Positions 1 to 9,168 of a stretch of DNA of 32,000 bases are shown piece by piece. The stretch lies in the sequence record KC012945.1; one strand, 5' to 3'. A model generated the notes under the pieces. It was not told the origin of the DNA. It searched no databases and saw only the letters and a program-made list of their open reading frames with translations. Position numbers and translations under genes: made by a program. Within the stretch, counting starts at the first letter, position 1. Each line of letters starts with the position of its first letter.

Positions 1-801
1 CTGTTTAAAATTGCAGCATTTCCTTTTCATATGTGGACGCCTGATGTTTACGAAGGATCTCCTACTTCTACAACTATTTTTTTTGCGATTGTGCCTAAAA
101 TTGCGATTATGAGCTTTTTTGTACGACTTTGTTCTTTTAGTTTTTCAAGTTTTGATGGAATTTGGGGGGAAATTTTATTATTTTCTGCATTGGGTTCTAT
201 TATATATTCAGCTTTTGTTGCAATAAAACAAAACAGTTTAAAACGTCTTCTTGCATATAGTGGTATTGGCCATGTTGGCTTTATATTATTACCTTTAAGT
301 ACAAATACTTTAGATGGATTGCAAGCTATGTTTTTTTACCTGCTTGTTTATATGATTACTTCACTACCTGTATGGGGGTTACTCTTAGTTTGTATGAAAG
401 GGAAAAAAAATTCTCAAAATAGTGTGAGTATATTGGGAGGGTTACCTACATCTTCTCCCATATTAGCTATACTAGCTTCGCTTGCTTTTTTTTCTTTAGC
501 TGGCATACCCCCTCTTGTAGGCTTTTATTCCAAAATATTTATTTTTTTTTCTGCTATTAAATCTTCCCTTTATTTAGTTGCTTTCGTTGTCTTAGCTATT
601 AGTGTTGTATCTACATATTACTACATTAGCATTGTAAAAACTATATATTTTGAAAAAAACAAAAATTGGATTTTTTATGAGCCTGTAACCAAAGAAAAAT
701 CTATTGTGTTAGCTGTTTCTTTAATACTTTTATTTTTTTTCTTTTTTAATCCTAACTTGTTGTTACTTTTGTCTCAACAAATGGCTTTATCTGTATTTTA
801 G
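1..801 (+). CDS. nad2: NADH dehydrogenase subunit 2, 5' end cut by window edge
   Basis: Frame 1 is open from nt 1 (LFKIAAFPFHMWTPDVYEGSP...), a typical Nad2/NuoN core motif with a multi-TM profile. Stop TAG at 799-801. Confidence 0.9.
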   Translation: MFKIAAFPFHMWTPDVYEGSPTSTTIFFAIVPKIAIMSFFVRLCSFSFSSFDGIWGEILLFSALGSIIYSAFVAIKQNSLKRLLAYSGIGHVGFILLPLSTNTLDGLQAMFFYLLVYMITSLPVWGLLLVCMKGKKNSQNSVSILGGLPTSSPILAILASLAFFSLAGIPPLVGFYSKIFIFFSAIKSSLYLVAFVVLAISVVSTYYYISIVKTIYFEKNKNWIFYEPVTKEKSIVLAVSLILLFFFFFNPNLLLLLSQQMALSVF

Positions 802-867
802 TTGTTTTTTTTAAGTTCTATTTATACTAATAAAAAATAAAATTTAAAACTTAAGAATTTAAATTTA

Positions 868-1656
868 ATGTACGACAAAATATTAACAAGTCCGTTAGAC
901 CAATTTAGAATCCTTCCTATTTTTCAATTCAATTTAGGATTTTTGGATTTATCTTTTACCAATTCAGCCTTGACTTTATTTTTAGCTCTGGGTAGTTTTT
1001 TATCTATTGCGTATTTAATTATTTATCCTGCTTTATATTTGACAAAGGCAGATGGGATTTTTCTTGTACCAAATAATCGATGGTTTTTATTGATTGAAAA
1101 TCTTTATCTTGTAATAACTTCACTACTTTTTGATAATGTAGGAATTAAAGGCGAAGTTTATTTCCCATTTCTTTTTGTTATATTCGTGTTTGTATTACAA
1201 TCAAATTTAATTGGTTTAATTCCTTATAGCTTTACTGCTACTAGCCATATAATCGTAACTTTTTCTTTGTCTCTTATAGTTTTCATAGGAGTTAATATTG
1301 TTGGTATAAATATACATAGAATTCATTTTTTGAACTTATTTTTGCCTTCAGGAACTGCTTTACCATTAGCTTTTTTATTAGTTCCACTTGAAATTGTTTC
1401 ATTTTTATCAAAGCCTATCAGTTTATCAGTTCGACTTTTTGCTAACATGATGGCTGGTCACACACTTTTAAAAGTTATTGCGGGATTTGCTTGGAGTATG
1501 ATGAAAGGAGGGGGTTTATTGTTTTTAGCTCATATTTTACCTCTAGCTGTACTATTTATATTGGTAGGTTTAGAACTAGGAGTTGCTATTATTCAAGCTT
1601 ATGTATTTACAGTTTTGGCTTGTATATACTTAAACGACTCTATAAATCTTCATTAA
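868..1656 (+). CDS. atp6: ATP synthase F0 subunit a
   Basis: 262-aa ORF with a conserved C-terminal block (SLSVRLFANMMAGHTLLKV...AIIQAYVFTVL). Confidence 0.95.
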   Translation: MYDKILTSPLDQFRILPIFQFNLGFLDLSFTNSALTLFLALGSFLSIAYLIIYPALYLTKADGIFLVPNNRWFLLIENLYLVITSLLFDNVGIKGEVYFPFLFVIFVFVLQSNLIGLIPYSFTATSHIIVTFSLSLIVFIGVNIVGINIHRIHFLNLFLPSGTALPLAFLLVPLEIVSFLSKPISLSVRLFANMMAGHTLLKVIAGFAWSMMKGGGLLFLAHILPLAVLFILVGLELGVAIIQAYVFTVLACIYLNDSINLH

Positions 1657-1693
1657 TATAAAAAATTTTCAAGTACAAAATAAACATTAACAG

Positions 1694-2674
1694 ATGCTTG
1701 TATTGACAATTTTAAAAATTTTATCAGTTGTTGTTATTGTTTTAATAGGAGTAGCTTATTTCACTTTGGCAGAACGAAAAATAATGGGGACTATACAGAG
1801 ACGTAAAGGTCCTAATGTTGTTGGTTTTCAAGGGCTTTTGCAACCTTTAGCTGATGGTTTAAAGCTCTTTGTTAAAGAAAGTATTTTACCAAGTAATGCT
1901 AACAAAACCTTATTTATTTTAGCTCCTATGCTAACTTTTGGTTTAAGTCTGATAGGTTGGGTTGTAATACCTTTTGGAGAATCTCTTGTATTAGCTGATA
2001 TCAATGTTGGAATTCTTTATTTATTAGCCGTATCTGCTCTTGGTGTTTATGGTATTATTTTGGCAGGTTGGTCAAGTAATTCTAAATATGCTTTTTTAGG
2101 TGCCTTGAGATCTGCAGCTCAAATGGTCTCTTATGAAGTGTCAATTGGATTTATTTTGATAACTGTTGTTCTTTGCTCAGGTTCTTTTAATTTATCTTCA
2201 ATTGTGTTAGCTCAAGAAAAAGTATGGTTCTGTGTTCCACATTTACCCATGTTTGTGCTTTTTTTTATATCTGCTTTAGCAGAAACGAATAGACACCCTT
2301 TTGATTTACCTGAAGCAGAAGCAGAGCTAGTTTCTGGCTACAACGTAGAATATTCTGCTATGGGATTTGCATTATTTTTCCTGGGCGAATATGCTAATAT
2401 GTTATTGATGAGTGCTTTGACTGCCATTCTATTCTTGGGTGGTTGGCTTCCACTTCTTGATATTTTTCCATTTACAATTATTCCTAATTCAGTTTGGTTT
2501 GGCTTAAAAATAGGGGGTTTCGTTGTATTATTCATAGTAATGCGTGCTTGTTTACCGCGTTTTCGTTATGACCAGTTAATGAGCTTAGGATGGAAAGTTT
2601 TTTTACCATTTTCTCTGGGTTGGTTAATTTTAACAGCAAGTGTTTTAATGAGTTTTAACTGGCTACCTAACTAA
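1694..2674 (+). CDS. nad1: NADH dehydrogenase subunit 1
   Basis: 326-aa ORF with Nad1 motifs ([46 protein letters not shown]). Confidence 0.97.
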   Translation: MLVLTILKILSVVVIVLIGVAYFTLAERKIMGTIQRRKGPNVVGFQGLLQPLADGLKLFVKESILPSNANKTLFILAPMLTFGLSLIGWVVIPFGESLVLADINVGILYLLAVSALGVYGIILAGWSSNSKYAFLGALRSAAQMVSYEVSIGFILITVVLCSGSFNLSSIVLAQEKVWFCVPHLPMFVLFFISALAETNRHPFDLPEAEAELVSGYNVEYSAMGFALFFLGEYANMLLMSALTAILFLGGWLPLLDIFPFTIIPNSVWFGLKIGGFVVLFIVMRACLPRFRYDQLMSLGWKVFLPFSLGWLILTASVLMSFNWLPN

Positions 2675-2717
2675 AAATTGTACAAACTCTTAATCAATAA
2701 TTTTGTTATAATACCTG

Positions 2718-2789
2718 TGGAGTATAGCCAAGTGGCAAGGCATCCGTTTTTGGTACGGATATTCAAAGGTTCGAATCCTTTTACTCCAA
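2718..2789 (+). tRNA. trnQ: tRNA-Gln(UUG)
   Basis: Hand-folded 72-nt cloverleaf. Acceptor tggagta/tactcca, anticodon loop ttTTGgt, T-loop ttcgaat. Confidence 0.88.
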
Positions 2790-2797
2790 CTATTTAT

Positions 2798-2872
2798 GGC
2801 GAGTATAACTCAATTGGTTAGAGTGCCAAATTGTGGCTTTGGAAGTTACGGGTTCGAATCCCGTTATTCGCC
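2798..2872 (+). tRNA. trnH: tRNA-His(GUG) with genome-encoded G-1
   Basis: Cloverleaf with anticodon loop ttGTGgc. An extra 5' G pairs with C73, the bacterial-type His identity feature. T-arm acggg/ttcgaat/cccgt. Confidence 0.88.
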
Positions 2873-3628
2873 CTTTTTGTATTCTTTTGTTAAAAATAAT
2901 GTAAATAAAAAAATTTCGAATGAAATTAAAAACATTAGACCAACAACAATTTGACTAAAAACATCAGGTGGTGTTATTAAAGTAGCAAAAATGAAAAAAA
3001 TTACATAAAATACTTTTCGATGTTTTATTGTAAAATTTAATGTTGTTTTATTCAAAAATAAAATAAAAACTAAAAAGATATGTAAACCTATGTTAAGTAA
3101 TAAAAAGGTTTCGACAAAAAAATTTAAATAATCTGCTATTCTTGTTTCTAAATGTATACTTACTAAATTTTTATTTGCATCTAACTGAAAACTATTGAAA
3201 AATTTCCAACAATGGGGTAAAAAAATTTCCAATGTAAAATAGGTAGTAAACAGATATAAAAAAACGGATACAATAAACAAATTACGTAAAATTGTATACT
3301 CATATTTATATAAGGCTGGTATCAAAAATAAAGCTAGTTGAATAAGCAATACAGGATATAAGCAATAGAAACTTACAAAGAAACTTAATTTTATAAAAAC
3401 AAAGAAAATTTCAGTTAGATTAGTAGATATAAAATAAGGGAAAACATTTTGTTGATGTTGTCCTAGCAAATAAACAAGTTCTGTTTTATAGCTATAAACA
3501 ACTATAAAATTAAATAACCAAGTAAAAAACAAAATAAAAAACCTATTATAAATCTCTAAAAAATAAATTGTTACTTTTATCATACGCGTAAATAAAAAAA
3601 TAAGATTATAAAATAATAAATGAAACAA
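2864..3628 (-). CDS. tatC: Sec-independent (twin-arginine) translocase subunit TatC (mttB/ymf16)
   Basis: 254-aa highly hydrophobic ORF with about 6 TM segments. Its size, profile and C-terminal PPD motif (TPPDVFSQ) match mitochondrial TatC. The start is uncertain (M1 at 3628 or M16 at 3583). It is the only minus-strand gene in the window. Confidence 0.8.
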   Translation of the reverse strand: MFHLLFYNLIFLFTRMIKVTIYFLEIYNRFFILFFTWLFNFIVVYSYKTELVYLLGQHQQNVFPYFISTNLTEIFFVFIKLSFFVSFYCLYPVLLIQLALFLIPALYKYEYTILRNLFIVSVFLYLFTTYFTLEIFLPHCWKFFNSFQLDANKNLVSIHLETRIADYLNFFVETFLLLNIGLHIFLVFILFLNKTTLNFTIKHRKVFYVIFFIFATLITPPDVFSQIVVGLMFLISFEIFLFTLFLTKEYKKGE

Positions 3629-3958
3629 TACAAAGAATCTGAATTACTCTTACGTTTCCAGACGCACAATAAGGAAAGTTTTAAACATTTTGTAAAAACA
3701 CTAAAATTTTTAGCTTCGGCTAAAAATTTAGACTTTTCTTTTATAAGCATGCCGATTGAAATAAAAAAATTTACTGTTTTAAAATCCCCCCACGTTAACA
3801 AAAAAGCAAAAGAACGTTACGAAATTCGTTTGTATAACGGTTTAATTCTTCTAAAAGGAGCTTTCTTAAAAAACAAATTAATCCATAGTATTAATGCAAA
3901 TATATCATCTGATCTTCTTGTCAAAATTTCTTTTCGCTATAACCAATGTTCAAATTAA
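3620..3958 (+). CDS. rps10: ribosomal protein S10
   Basis: 112 aa. FTVLKSPHVNKKAKERYEIRLYNGLI matches the S10 core (TVLRSPHV.KKSREQFE.R.H.RLI). Confidence 0.85.
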   Translation: MKQYKESELLLRFQTHNKESFKHFVKTLKFLASAKNLDFSFISMPIEIKKFTVLKSPHVNKKAKERYEIRLYNGLILLKGAFLKNKLIHSINANISSDLLVKISFRYNQCSN

Positions 3959-4419
3959 AAGAATTTTACCAATATAAACGTGAATTAAAAAAAGATAACG
4001 CAAATTTACAAGACAAATTATTATCTTGTAAATTTCAGCCAACAAACCAAAAAAATAGTGTTTTAGCCAAGAGTTGTCAAGCTATACTTTATGTAAAATC
4101 GTCAAAGAATAACACAATAGTAAGTTTAACAAACCTAAAAGGAAGAGTTCAGTTTATTAAATCTTGTGGGAGTCTAGGTTTTCAAGGTAAAAAAAAACGC
4201 ACTACAAAATTTGCTGTTAAATCTACTCTATGTTTTATTATCAAAAAAGCTCAAGAACAAGGGCATCAAAAAGTTTTTTTGCATTTAAATGGGTTTGCAA
4301 GGGCACGTTCTGCGGTTTTGCATTATTTAAACAAAAATAATTTGGAAATAGAAGGAATTCGTGATCTTACACCAAATCCGCACAATGGATGTAGACCTAA
4401 AAAAGTTAGGCGTGTATAA
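3946..4419 (+). CDS. rps11: ribosomal protein S11
   Basis: 157 aa. The C-terminus IRDLTPNPHNGCRPKKVRRV and NNTIVSLTNLKG are S11 signatures. Overlaps rps10 by 13 nt. Confidence 0.9.
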   Translation: MFKLKEFYQYKRELKKDNANLQDKLLSCKFQPTNQKNSVLAKSCQAILYVKSSKNNTIVSLTNLKGRVQFIKSCGSLGFQGKKKRTTKFAVKSTLCFIIKKAQEQGHQKVFLHLNGFARARSAVLHYLNKNNLEIEGIRDLTPNPHNGCRPKKVRRV

Positions 4420-4427
4420 AAATACAC
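4412..4427 (+). other. short stem-loop enclosing the rps11 stop codon
   Basis: gtgtat-aaaa-atacac: a 6-bp perfect stem with a 4-nt loop. The TAA at 4417-4419 lies inside it. Confidence 0.3.
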
Positions 4428-4534
4428 AACTTTTTACGTACCTAAATACAAATCCTTTCAGTGTTATTTGAAACGACCTTTTTGGCGCAATTTGATACAT
4501 TATCCAACCCATCAAACACTATAATACTTTTAAA

Positions 4535-4592
4535 TTTCTCAAAGTATTCACTGTTATGTGCACAAGCAGCTTAATGAAGAAAATACAATTAC
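4535..4592 (+). repeat. copy A of the trnD-flank dispersed repeat
   Basis: tttctcaaagtattcactgttatgtgcacaagcagcttaatgaagaaaa matches copy C (30778-30826) at 43 of 49 positions, in the same orientation. Confidence 0.75.
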
Positions 4593-4611
4593 TACCTTTC
4601 TTTTATAAGAA

Positions 4612-4648
4612 GGAGATCTTTATAAGGAGGGGGAAAAAGGGGGTGGTT
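4612..4648 (+). repeat. G-rich spacer motif, copy 1 (ggagatctttataagga gggggaaaaagggggtggtt)
   Basis: Shares ggagatNtttaNaag...gaaaaagggg(g)tgg(g)tt with 25192-25225. It is the most G-rich stretch of an otherwise AT-rich spacer. Confidence 0.55.
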
Positions 4649-4704
4649 AATTTGAAGAGGATGTTGAATTTTTCTTTGGTTATCTATTTTAATATTTTAA
4701 ATTA

Positions 4705-4742
4705 ATAGTTGATAAGAGTTCCTCCCAACCCTTATCAACTAT
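4705..4742. other. stem-loop with a 12-bp perfect stem in the largest spacer
   Basis: atagttgataag (4705-4716) pairs with cttatcaactat (4731-4742). The 14-nt loop is C-rich (agttcctcccaacc). Confidence 0.5.
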
Positions 4743-5024
4743 ATTGAAAATATCAATTTTAATATGTATATAATATATATTAGCATAAAACAATATAAAT
4801 AACATAATCTACTACGCATTGAAGAGATCAAATAAATATAATGTGTAAGTCAATTTAAAAAAAGTAGAAAAAGGTAAAGTAACAACACAATGTCTGTTTA
4901 AGGTTTTGGCTTATTTTTATTGATTGAAACTAATACATCTACAAACAACTTCAGCAAAGAAAAGTTGATTTTTAAAATTGTAAATTAAAGCTTGTATAAA
5001 AAATAAAATTTAAAATATAAAAAA

Positions 5025-6602
5025 ATGTTTAAACTTTTTACATCTTCTAATTTCATTAATAAAATTTTAATTAGCTTCTTAGTTGTATTAGCCTATAATT
5101 TTATTATCAGTGTTAATTTAATTTTAAGTTTTCTAATACTTTTTCCACTTTTTGGCAGTTTTGTAATTGCTTGGTTGCCAAATGAACAAAAAACTCTAAT
5201 GAAGAGTCTTGCTTTAATAATCTCAGGTATTACTTTTCTATTTTCTTTGGCTTTGTGGGTTAATTTTAATAAATCTTTATCTAAGTTTCAATTTATCGAA
5301 ACTGTCCATTATTGGTTCCCATGGGATTCAAATTCATCGACATACGTTTTATTGGGCGTAGATGGTATTTCTCTTTTTTTTGTTATTTTAACAACTTTAT
5401 TAATTTTTGTATGTTTGTTATCTAGTTGGGATAATATACACATCCATTTAAAAGAATATCTTTTAACTTTTCTCATTTTGGAATCTTTATTGTTGGGAGT
5501 ATTTATAATTTTAGATTTGTTAATGTTCTATATTCTTTTTGAGGCAACTCTTATTCCAATGTTTATTATGATTTTAACTTGGGGATCAAGAGAGAGAAAA
5601 ATAAGAGCTGCTACTATGTTATTCCTTTATACTTTATTCGGTTCTGTATTTATGTTGGCAGGTATTATATATATTTATTGGACCGTAGGTAGCACTGATT
5701 ACCAAATTGTTGTTGCCTCTGCTCAATTTACTTCTTTTGAGCAACGACTTTTATGGCTGTCTTTTTTCCTTTCTTTTGCCACAAAAGTTCCAATGCTTCC
5801 TGTTCATATTTGGTTACCTGAAGCTCATGTGGAAGCACCAACTGCTGGGTCTGTAATATTGGCTGGAATATTGTTAAAATTAGGAAGTTATGGGTTTTTG
5901 AGATTTTCCCTACCTTTGTTTTCAGAAGCTAATTTTTATTTTACACCTCTAGTTTATTCTATTGCTGTGCTCGGAGTCATTTATACTTCATTGACCGCAA
6001 TTCGTCAAACAGATTTTAAACGTATAATAGCTTATACTTCTGTTGCTCATATGAATATTGTTATGATTGGGATTTATAGTTTTAACTTGATAGGTCTAGG
6101 GGGTTCCATTTTGCAAAGCATTAGCCATGGTTTTGTTTCAAGTGCATTGTTTCTTATTATAGGTGTTGTTTATGATCGTTTTCATACTCGATTGATAAAA
6201 TATTATAGTGGATTGGTTCATATTATGCCATTATACGCACTTATATTTTTGTTTTTTACAATGGCCAATATTGCTTTACCTGGTACTAGTAGTTTCGTTG
6301 GAGAATTTCTTATCCTTGCGGGTAGTTTTAAAGAAAATACTACCGTAACTTTTTTGGGCGCTACTGGGATGATTTTGGGTGGAGCTTATTCCTTATGGCT
6401 CTATAATAGAGTAATCTATGGAAATTTAAAAAAAGATGAAGGACACCTTCATTTAAAATATTCTTATGATATTAATAGACGAGAATTTTACGTGTTTTTG
6501 CCTTTAATTATAGGAACTATTCTAATGGGTATTTATCCTAAGATTTTTTTAGATCCTCTAGAAGCAAGTTTGTTAAATCTCGTTTTTCAACTTAAAAATT
6601 AA
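5025..6602 (+). CDS. nad4: NADH dehydrogenase subunit 4
   Basis: 525 aa with Nad4 motifs (KVPMLPVHIWLPEAHVEAPTAGSVILAGILLKLG, IAYTSVAHMN). Confidence 0.95.
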   Translation: MFKLFTSSNFINKILISFLVVLAYNFIISVNLILSFLILFPLFGSFVIAWLPNEQKTLMKSLALIISGITFLFSLALWVNFNKSLSKFQFIETVHYWFPWDSNSSTYVLLGVDGISLFFVILTTLLIFVCLLSSWDNIHIHLKEYLLTFLILESLLLGVFIILDLLMFYILFEATLIPMFIMILTWGSRERKIRAATMLFLYTLFGSVFMLAGIIYIYWTVGSTDYQIVVASAQFTSFEQRLLWLSFFLSFATKVPMLPVHIWLPEAHVEAPTAGSVILAGILLKLGSYGFLRFSLPLFSEANFYFTPLVYSIAVLGVIYTSLTAIRQTDFKRIIAYTSVAHMNIVMIGIYSFNLIGLGGSILQSISHGFVSSALFLIIGVVYDRFHTRLIKYYSGLVHIMPLYALIFLFFTMANIALPGTSSFVGEFLILAGSFKENTTVTFLGATGMILGGAYSLWLYNRVIYGNLKKDEGHLHLKYSYDINRREFYVFLPLIIGTILMGIYPKIFLDPLEASLLNLVFQLKN

Positions 6603-6617
6603 TCTTTATTTTTTTTA

Positions 6618-6700
6618 ACCAAAGTGGTGAAATTGGCAGACACGCTAGGTTTAGGTTCTAGTTCTTTAACAGAATAGGGGTTCAAGTCCCCTCTTTGGTA
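6618..6700 (+). tRNA. trnL: tRNA-Leu(UAG), type II with long variable arm
   Basis: 83 nt. Acceptor accaaag/ctttggt, anticodon loop ttTAGgt, T-arm agggg/ttcaagt/cccct. Confidence 0.88.
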
Positions 6701-6710
6701 TTAACACACA

Positions 6711-7097
6711 ATGCAACATTCAATTTGGAAGATGTACTCTACCATTCGTAATGGCTTATTAACACGTAAAAAGTCTGTTTTACACCCTCATAAAGCTATA
6801 TGTATCGATGTTTTAAAAGTAATGTACAAAGAAGGTTATATTAATGGTTTTCGTAAGCTTTCAGGTCAGTCTGATAAAATAGAAATTTTTTTTAAGTACA
6901 ATAACGGAAACCCTGCGATTACAAAACTTTCAGCTTTATCAAAACCAAGTTGTAGACTTTACGTAAGAGTAGAAAGTTTATGGAAACTTAACACGTCATT
7001 GCAAACACTGATTATATCTACACCACGAGGAATTTTTTCTGATAAAGAGTGCCGTAAGTTACACTTAGGTGGTGAAATTCTTTGTGTTTTACAATAA
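6711..7097 (+). CDS. rps8: ribosomal protein S8
   Basis: 128 aa. IRNG..., VLKVMYKEGYINGF and the C-terminal STPRGIFSDKECRKLHLGGEILC are S8-like. Confidence 0.88.
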   Translation: MQHSIWKMYSTIRNGLLTRKKSVLHPHKAICIDVLKVMYKEGYINGFRKLSGQSDKIEIFFKYNNGNPAITKLSALSKPSCRLYVRVESLWKLNTSLQTLIISTPRGIFSDKECRKLHLGGEILCVLQ

Positions 7098-7104
7098 AAA
7101 GATA

Positions 7105-7656
7105 ATGTTTATAACCAAAAGTTATTATTTGCGTCAATCAAAAAACTTAAAACTTTATTTGTGGTGTAACCAAAAAGTTTTGCTTGTTGAAGGTCCTAAA
7201 GGTTTCATAATTTACCCGTTATATACTGAATTTGAATATTCTAGACTTGATAAAAAACTTTATTTGATCCGATCGCTTTCTTGTGAAAAAAAGAAAGCTT
7301 TTTTTAATATGTACCAAATTCTTTTAGCTCAATCAGCTCTTGGTGTTTTATTGGGTTATCGAAGACAACTAAACATTATTGGGATCGGATACCAAATTTC
7401 TATTGAGAATTTTTCAAACTCTAATTTTTTGATATTTAAATTGGGTTTTAGTCATCAAATTAGGATAAAACTTCCTAACTACGTACAACTTTCTATACCC
7501 AAACCGCGAATTTTATTGTTAAAAGGTATAAATTTACAAAAATTACATAATTTTTCGGCTATATTGCGTAGACTAAAATTACCTTCAGCGTATAAAGAAA
7601 AAGGTATTTACTACTTGGGAGAAAAAGTTTCCCTAAAACAAGGCAAAAAAACTTAA
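7105..7656 (+). CDS. rpl6: ribosomal protein L6
   Basis: The ORF is open from 7069. The ATG at 7105 avoids overlap with rps8. IGIGYQ..., KLGFSHQIRIKLP and YKEKGIYYLGEKVSLKQGKK are L6-like. Confidence 0.82.
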   Translation: MFITKSYYLRQSKNLKLYLWCNQKVLLVEGPKGFIIYPLYTEFEYSRLDKKLYLIRSLSCEKKKAFFNMYQILLAQSALGVLLGYRRQLNIIGIGYQISIENFSNSNFLIFKLGFSHQIRIKLPNYVQLSIPKPRILLLKGINLQKLHNFSAILRRLKLPSAYKEKGIYYLGEKVSLKQGKKT

Positions 7657-7661
7657 TATCA

Positions 7662-8300
7662 ATGAAAATTATACAGAATAATTTAAACCGTTTTGTTGTG
7701 CAAAAGTTTATTACTTATAAGTTGCACATTGGTTCATTAAAATCTTTGTGGAACCCAAGATTTAAACCTTTTTTAAATGGATTTCGTAATAATTTTTGCA
7801 TAATAAATCCAGAATTAAGTGTGCTTTACTTAAAACGCGCCTATAAAATTTTACAAAAAATTCATTTGTCCAACAAAAAGATTCTTTTTATAGGAAGTCC
7901 TGTTGGTTTAGAAAAAGAATTTTCGTGTTTATGCATTCAGAATAATCACTATTTTATGGAAAAAGGTATTTATGGATTTTTCAGCAATTATGAAAATAAA
8001 GCTTCGTTAAATATATTTAACACCCAAATTAGTAGTAAACAACCAGATGTTATTTTTATCTTTAATCCTTCTTTAAATCTTATGGTATTTGAAGAAACCA
8101 AAGGTTTAGATATTCCTATTATATCTTTTGTTAGTACAGACGATGATTATTTCAAACTAGATTATCCTATACCTGCCAATATAAAATCTAAAAAAGGCGG
8201 GTTATTTGTTTATAATCTTTTCCATTATCTTTTTACTACAAAAGTACGTAAATTTTCAGATCGAAAAATAAAGTCTAGAAATAAAATTGATAAATATTAA
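7662..8300 (+). CDS. rps2: ribosomal protein S2
   Basis: 212 aa. YKLHIGSLKSLWNPRFKPFLNGFRNNFCIINPELS and KILFIGS match the S2 N-terminal core. Confidence 0.82.
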   Translation: MKIIQNNLNRFVVQKFITYKLHIGSLKSLWNPRFKPFLNGFRNNFCIINPELSVLYLKRAYKILQKIHLSNKKILFIGSPVGLEKEFSCLCIQNNHYFMEKGIYGFFSNYENKASLNIFNTQISSKQPDVIFIFNPSLNLMVFEETKGLDIPIISFVSTDDDYFKLDYPIPANIKSKKGGLFVYNLFHYLFTTKVRKFSDRKIKSRNKIDKY

Positions 8301-8308
8301 AAGAAAAA

Positions 8309-8419
8309 TTTTTCTAACCGAATATTGAATTTAAAATCCACGAAATCATATCGAACTCGATTGGAAATTTTACTCAAACCGAAGATACCATGAAAATGGG
8401 AAATACGGCAACAGCAAAG
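8309..8419 (+). rRNA. rrn5: candidate mitochondrial 5S rRNA
   Basis: The rps2-rps4 spacer contains ccacgaaatcatatcgaactcgattggaaat, which resembles bacterial 5S helix III/loop C (CCACCUGACCCCAUGCCGAACUCAGAAGUGAAA). Hand fold: helix II 8325-8339/8363-8377 with an AA bulge, and helix III aatc/gatt. The helix V/loop E/helix IV arm is ccg-aagata-ccat-gaaa-atgg-gaaata-cgg. Helix I is weak: tttttct/agcaaag. Confidence 0.5.
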
Positions 8420-8424
8420 TAATA

Positions 8425-9150
8425 ATGTCTATCAAACGTTATGCACCTAAATTTAAAAAGTTAAACCGGCTAAAAAAAGCTTTTTGGCGAGAAAAAGGCT
8501 TAAAAATTGTACGATTTGAAAAACAAAAATGGGATAATATTAAAAACTTTTATTATTCTCGCAAATATAGATTTTTTAATCAAGATAAATCGGCGTATCC
8601 TTTGAATAGGTCTTACGAAGATGAAAAATTAATAAGATTAAAAAAAATATATAAATTCTTACTCTTAGATAAACAACGTTTACAGCTTTATTATGGGGGG
8701 GGAAGACTTAAGTATTATCAATTAAAAAATTTGACTCGTGAAGCTCTACGTTTGGGAACAAGATCTGATGTTTCACCAGCTAGGAGTATGCTTTCTTTAG
8801 TCGAAAATAGACTACAAAATTTGCTTTATCGATTAGGTTACGCGTCCAGTTTAATGGAGGCTCGTCGTTTGATAAAATCTGGTCATATTGAAATTTCAGG
8901 TTTAGTTTCTAGAAATTGTTCATTCGATCTTAAAAAATTTGATATAGTACAGCTAGATCCTATTAAATCTCATGAAATCATTTCAGGTTACCTAAAAAGA
9001 ACAATACTTTTTTTTTATTTTAGGCATAAAAAATCACGAAAAAAGTTTTTATATAAAAAGGTATCGAGTTTTAGTAGTTCTGTTATTGTAAATAATTCTT
9101 ATGATTTTTATAGTAATTTGAAAAATGGTATAAAAGTTTTACAAAAATAA
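8425..9150 (+). CDS. rps4: ribosomal protein S4, N-terminal part including the S4 RNA-binding domain
   Basis: MSIKRYAPKFKKLNRL..., LQLYYGG and RLQNLLYRLGYASSLMEARRLIKSGHIEISG match S4. The ORF ends at TAA 9148-9150, before the conserved S4 C-terminus. Confidence 0.85.
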   Translation: MSIKRYAPKFKKLNRLKKAFWREKGLKIVRFEKQKWDNIKNFYYSRKYRFFNQDKSAYPLNRSYEDEKLIRLKKIYKFLLLDKQRLQLYYGGGRLKYYQLKNLTREALRLGTRSDVSPARSMLSLVENRLQNLLYRLGYASSLMEARRLIKSGHIEISGLVSRNCSFDLKKFDIVQLDPIKSHEIISGYLKRTILFFYFRHKKSRKKFLYKKVSSFSSSVIVNNSYDFYSNLKNGIKVLQK

Positions 9151-9168
9151 GATAAGAAAGCATCAAAA

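Noticed and set aside
2338-2535. Antisense or alternative-frame ORFs inside established genes. These are 2338-2535, 3580-3801, 4327-4515, 12479-12673, 12852-13070, 14517-14744, 15278-15520, 16729-16926, 17442-17636, 17937-18161, 28137-28490 and 28661-28858.
   Set aside because: Each overlaps a gene with clear conserved motifs on the other strand or frame. All are short, low in complexity, and carry no recognisable motif.
4469-4541. A possible second pseudo-trnD upstream of repeat copy A, in the same relative position as in copy C.
   Set aside because: Apart from the terminal tttctca, a gap-free comparison with trnD or the copy C pseudo-tRNA shows only chance-level identity. It cannot be supported by eye.
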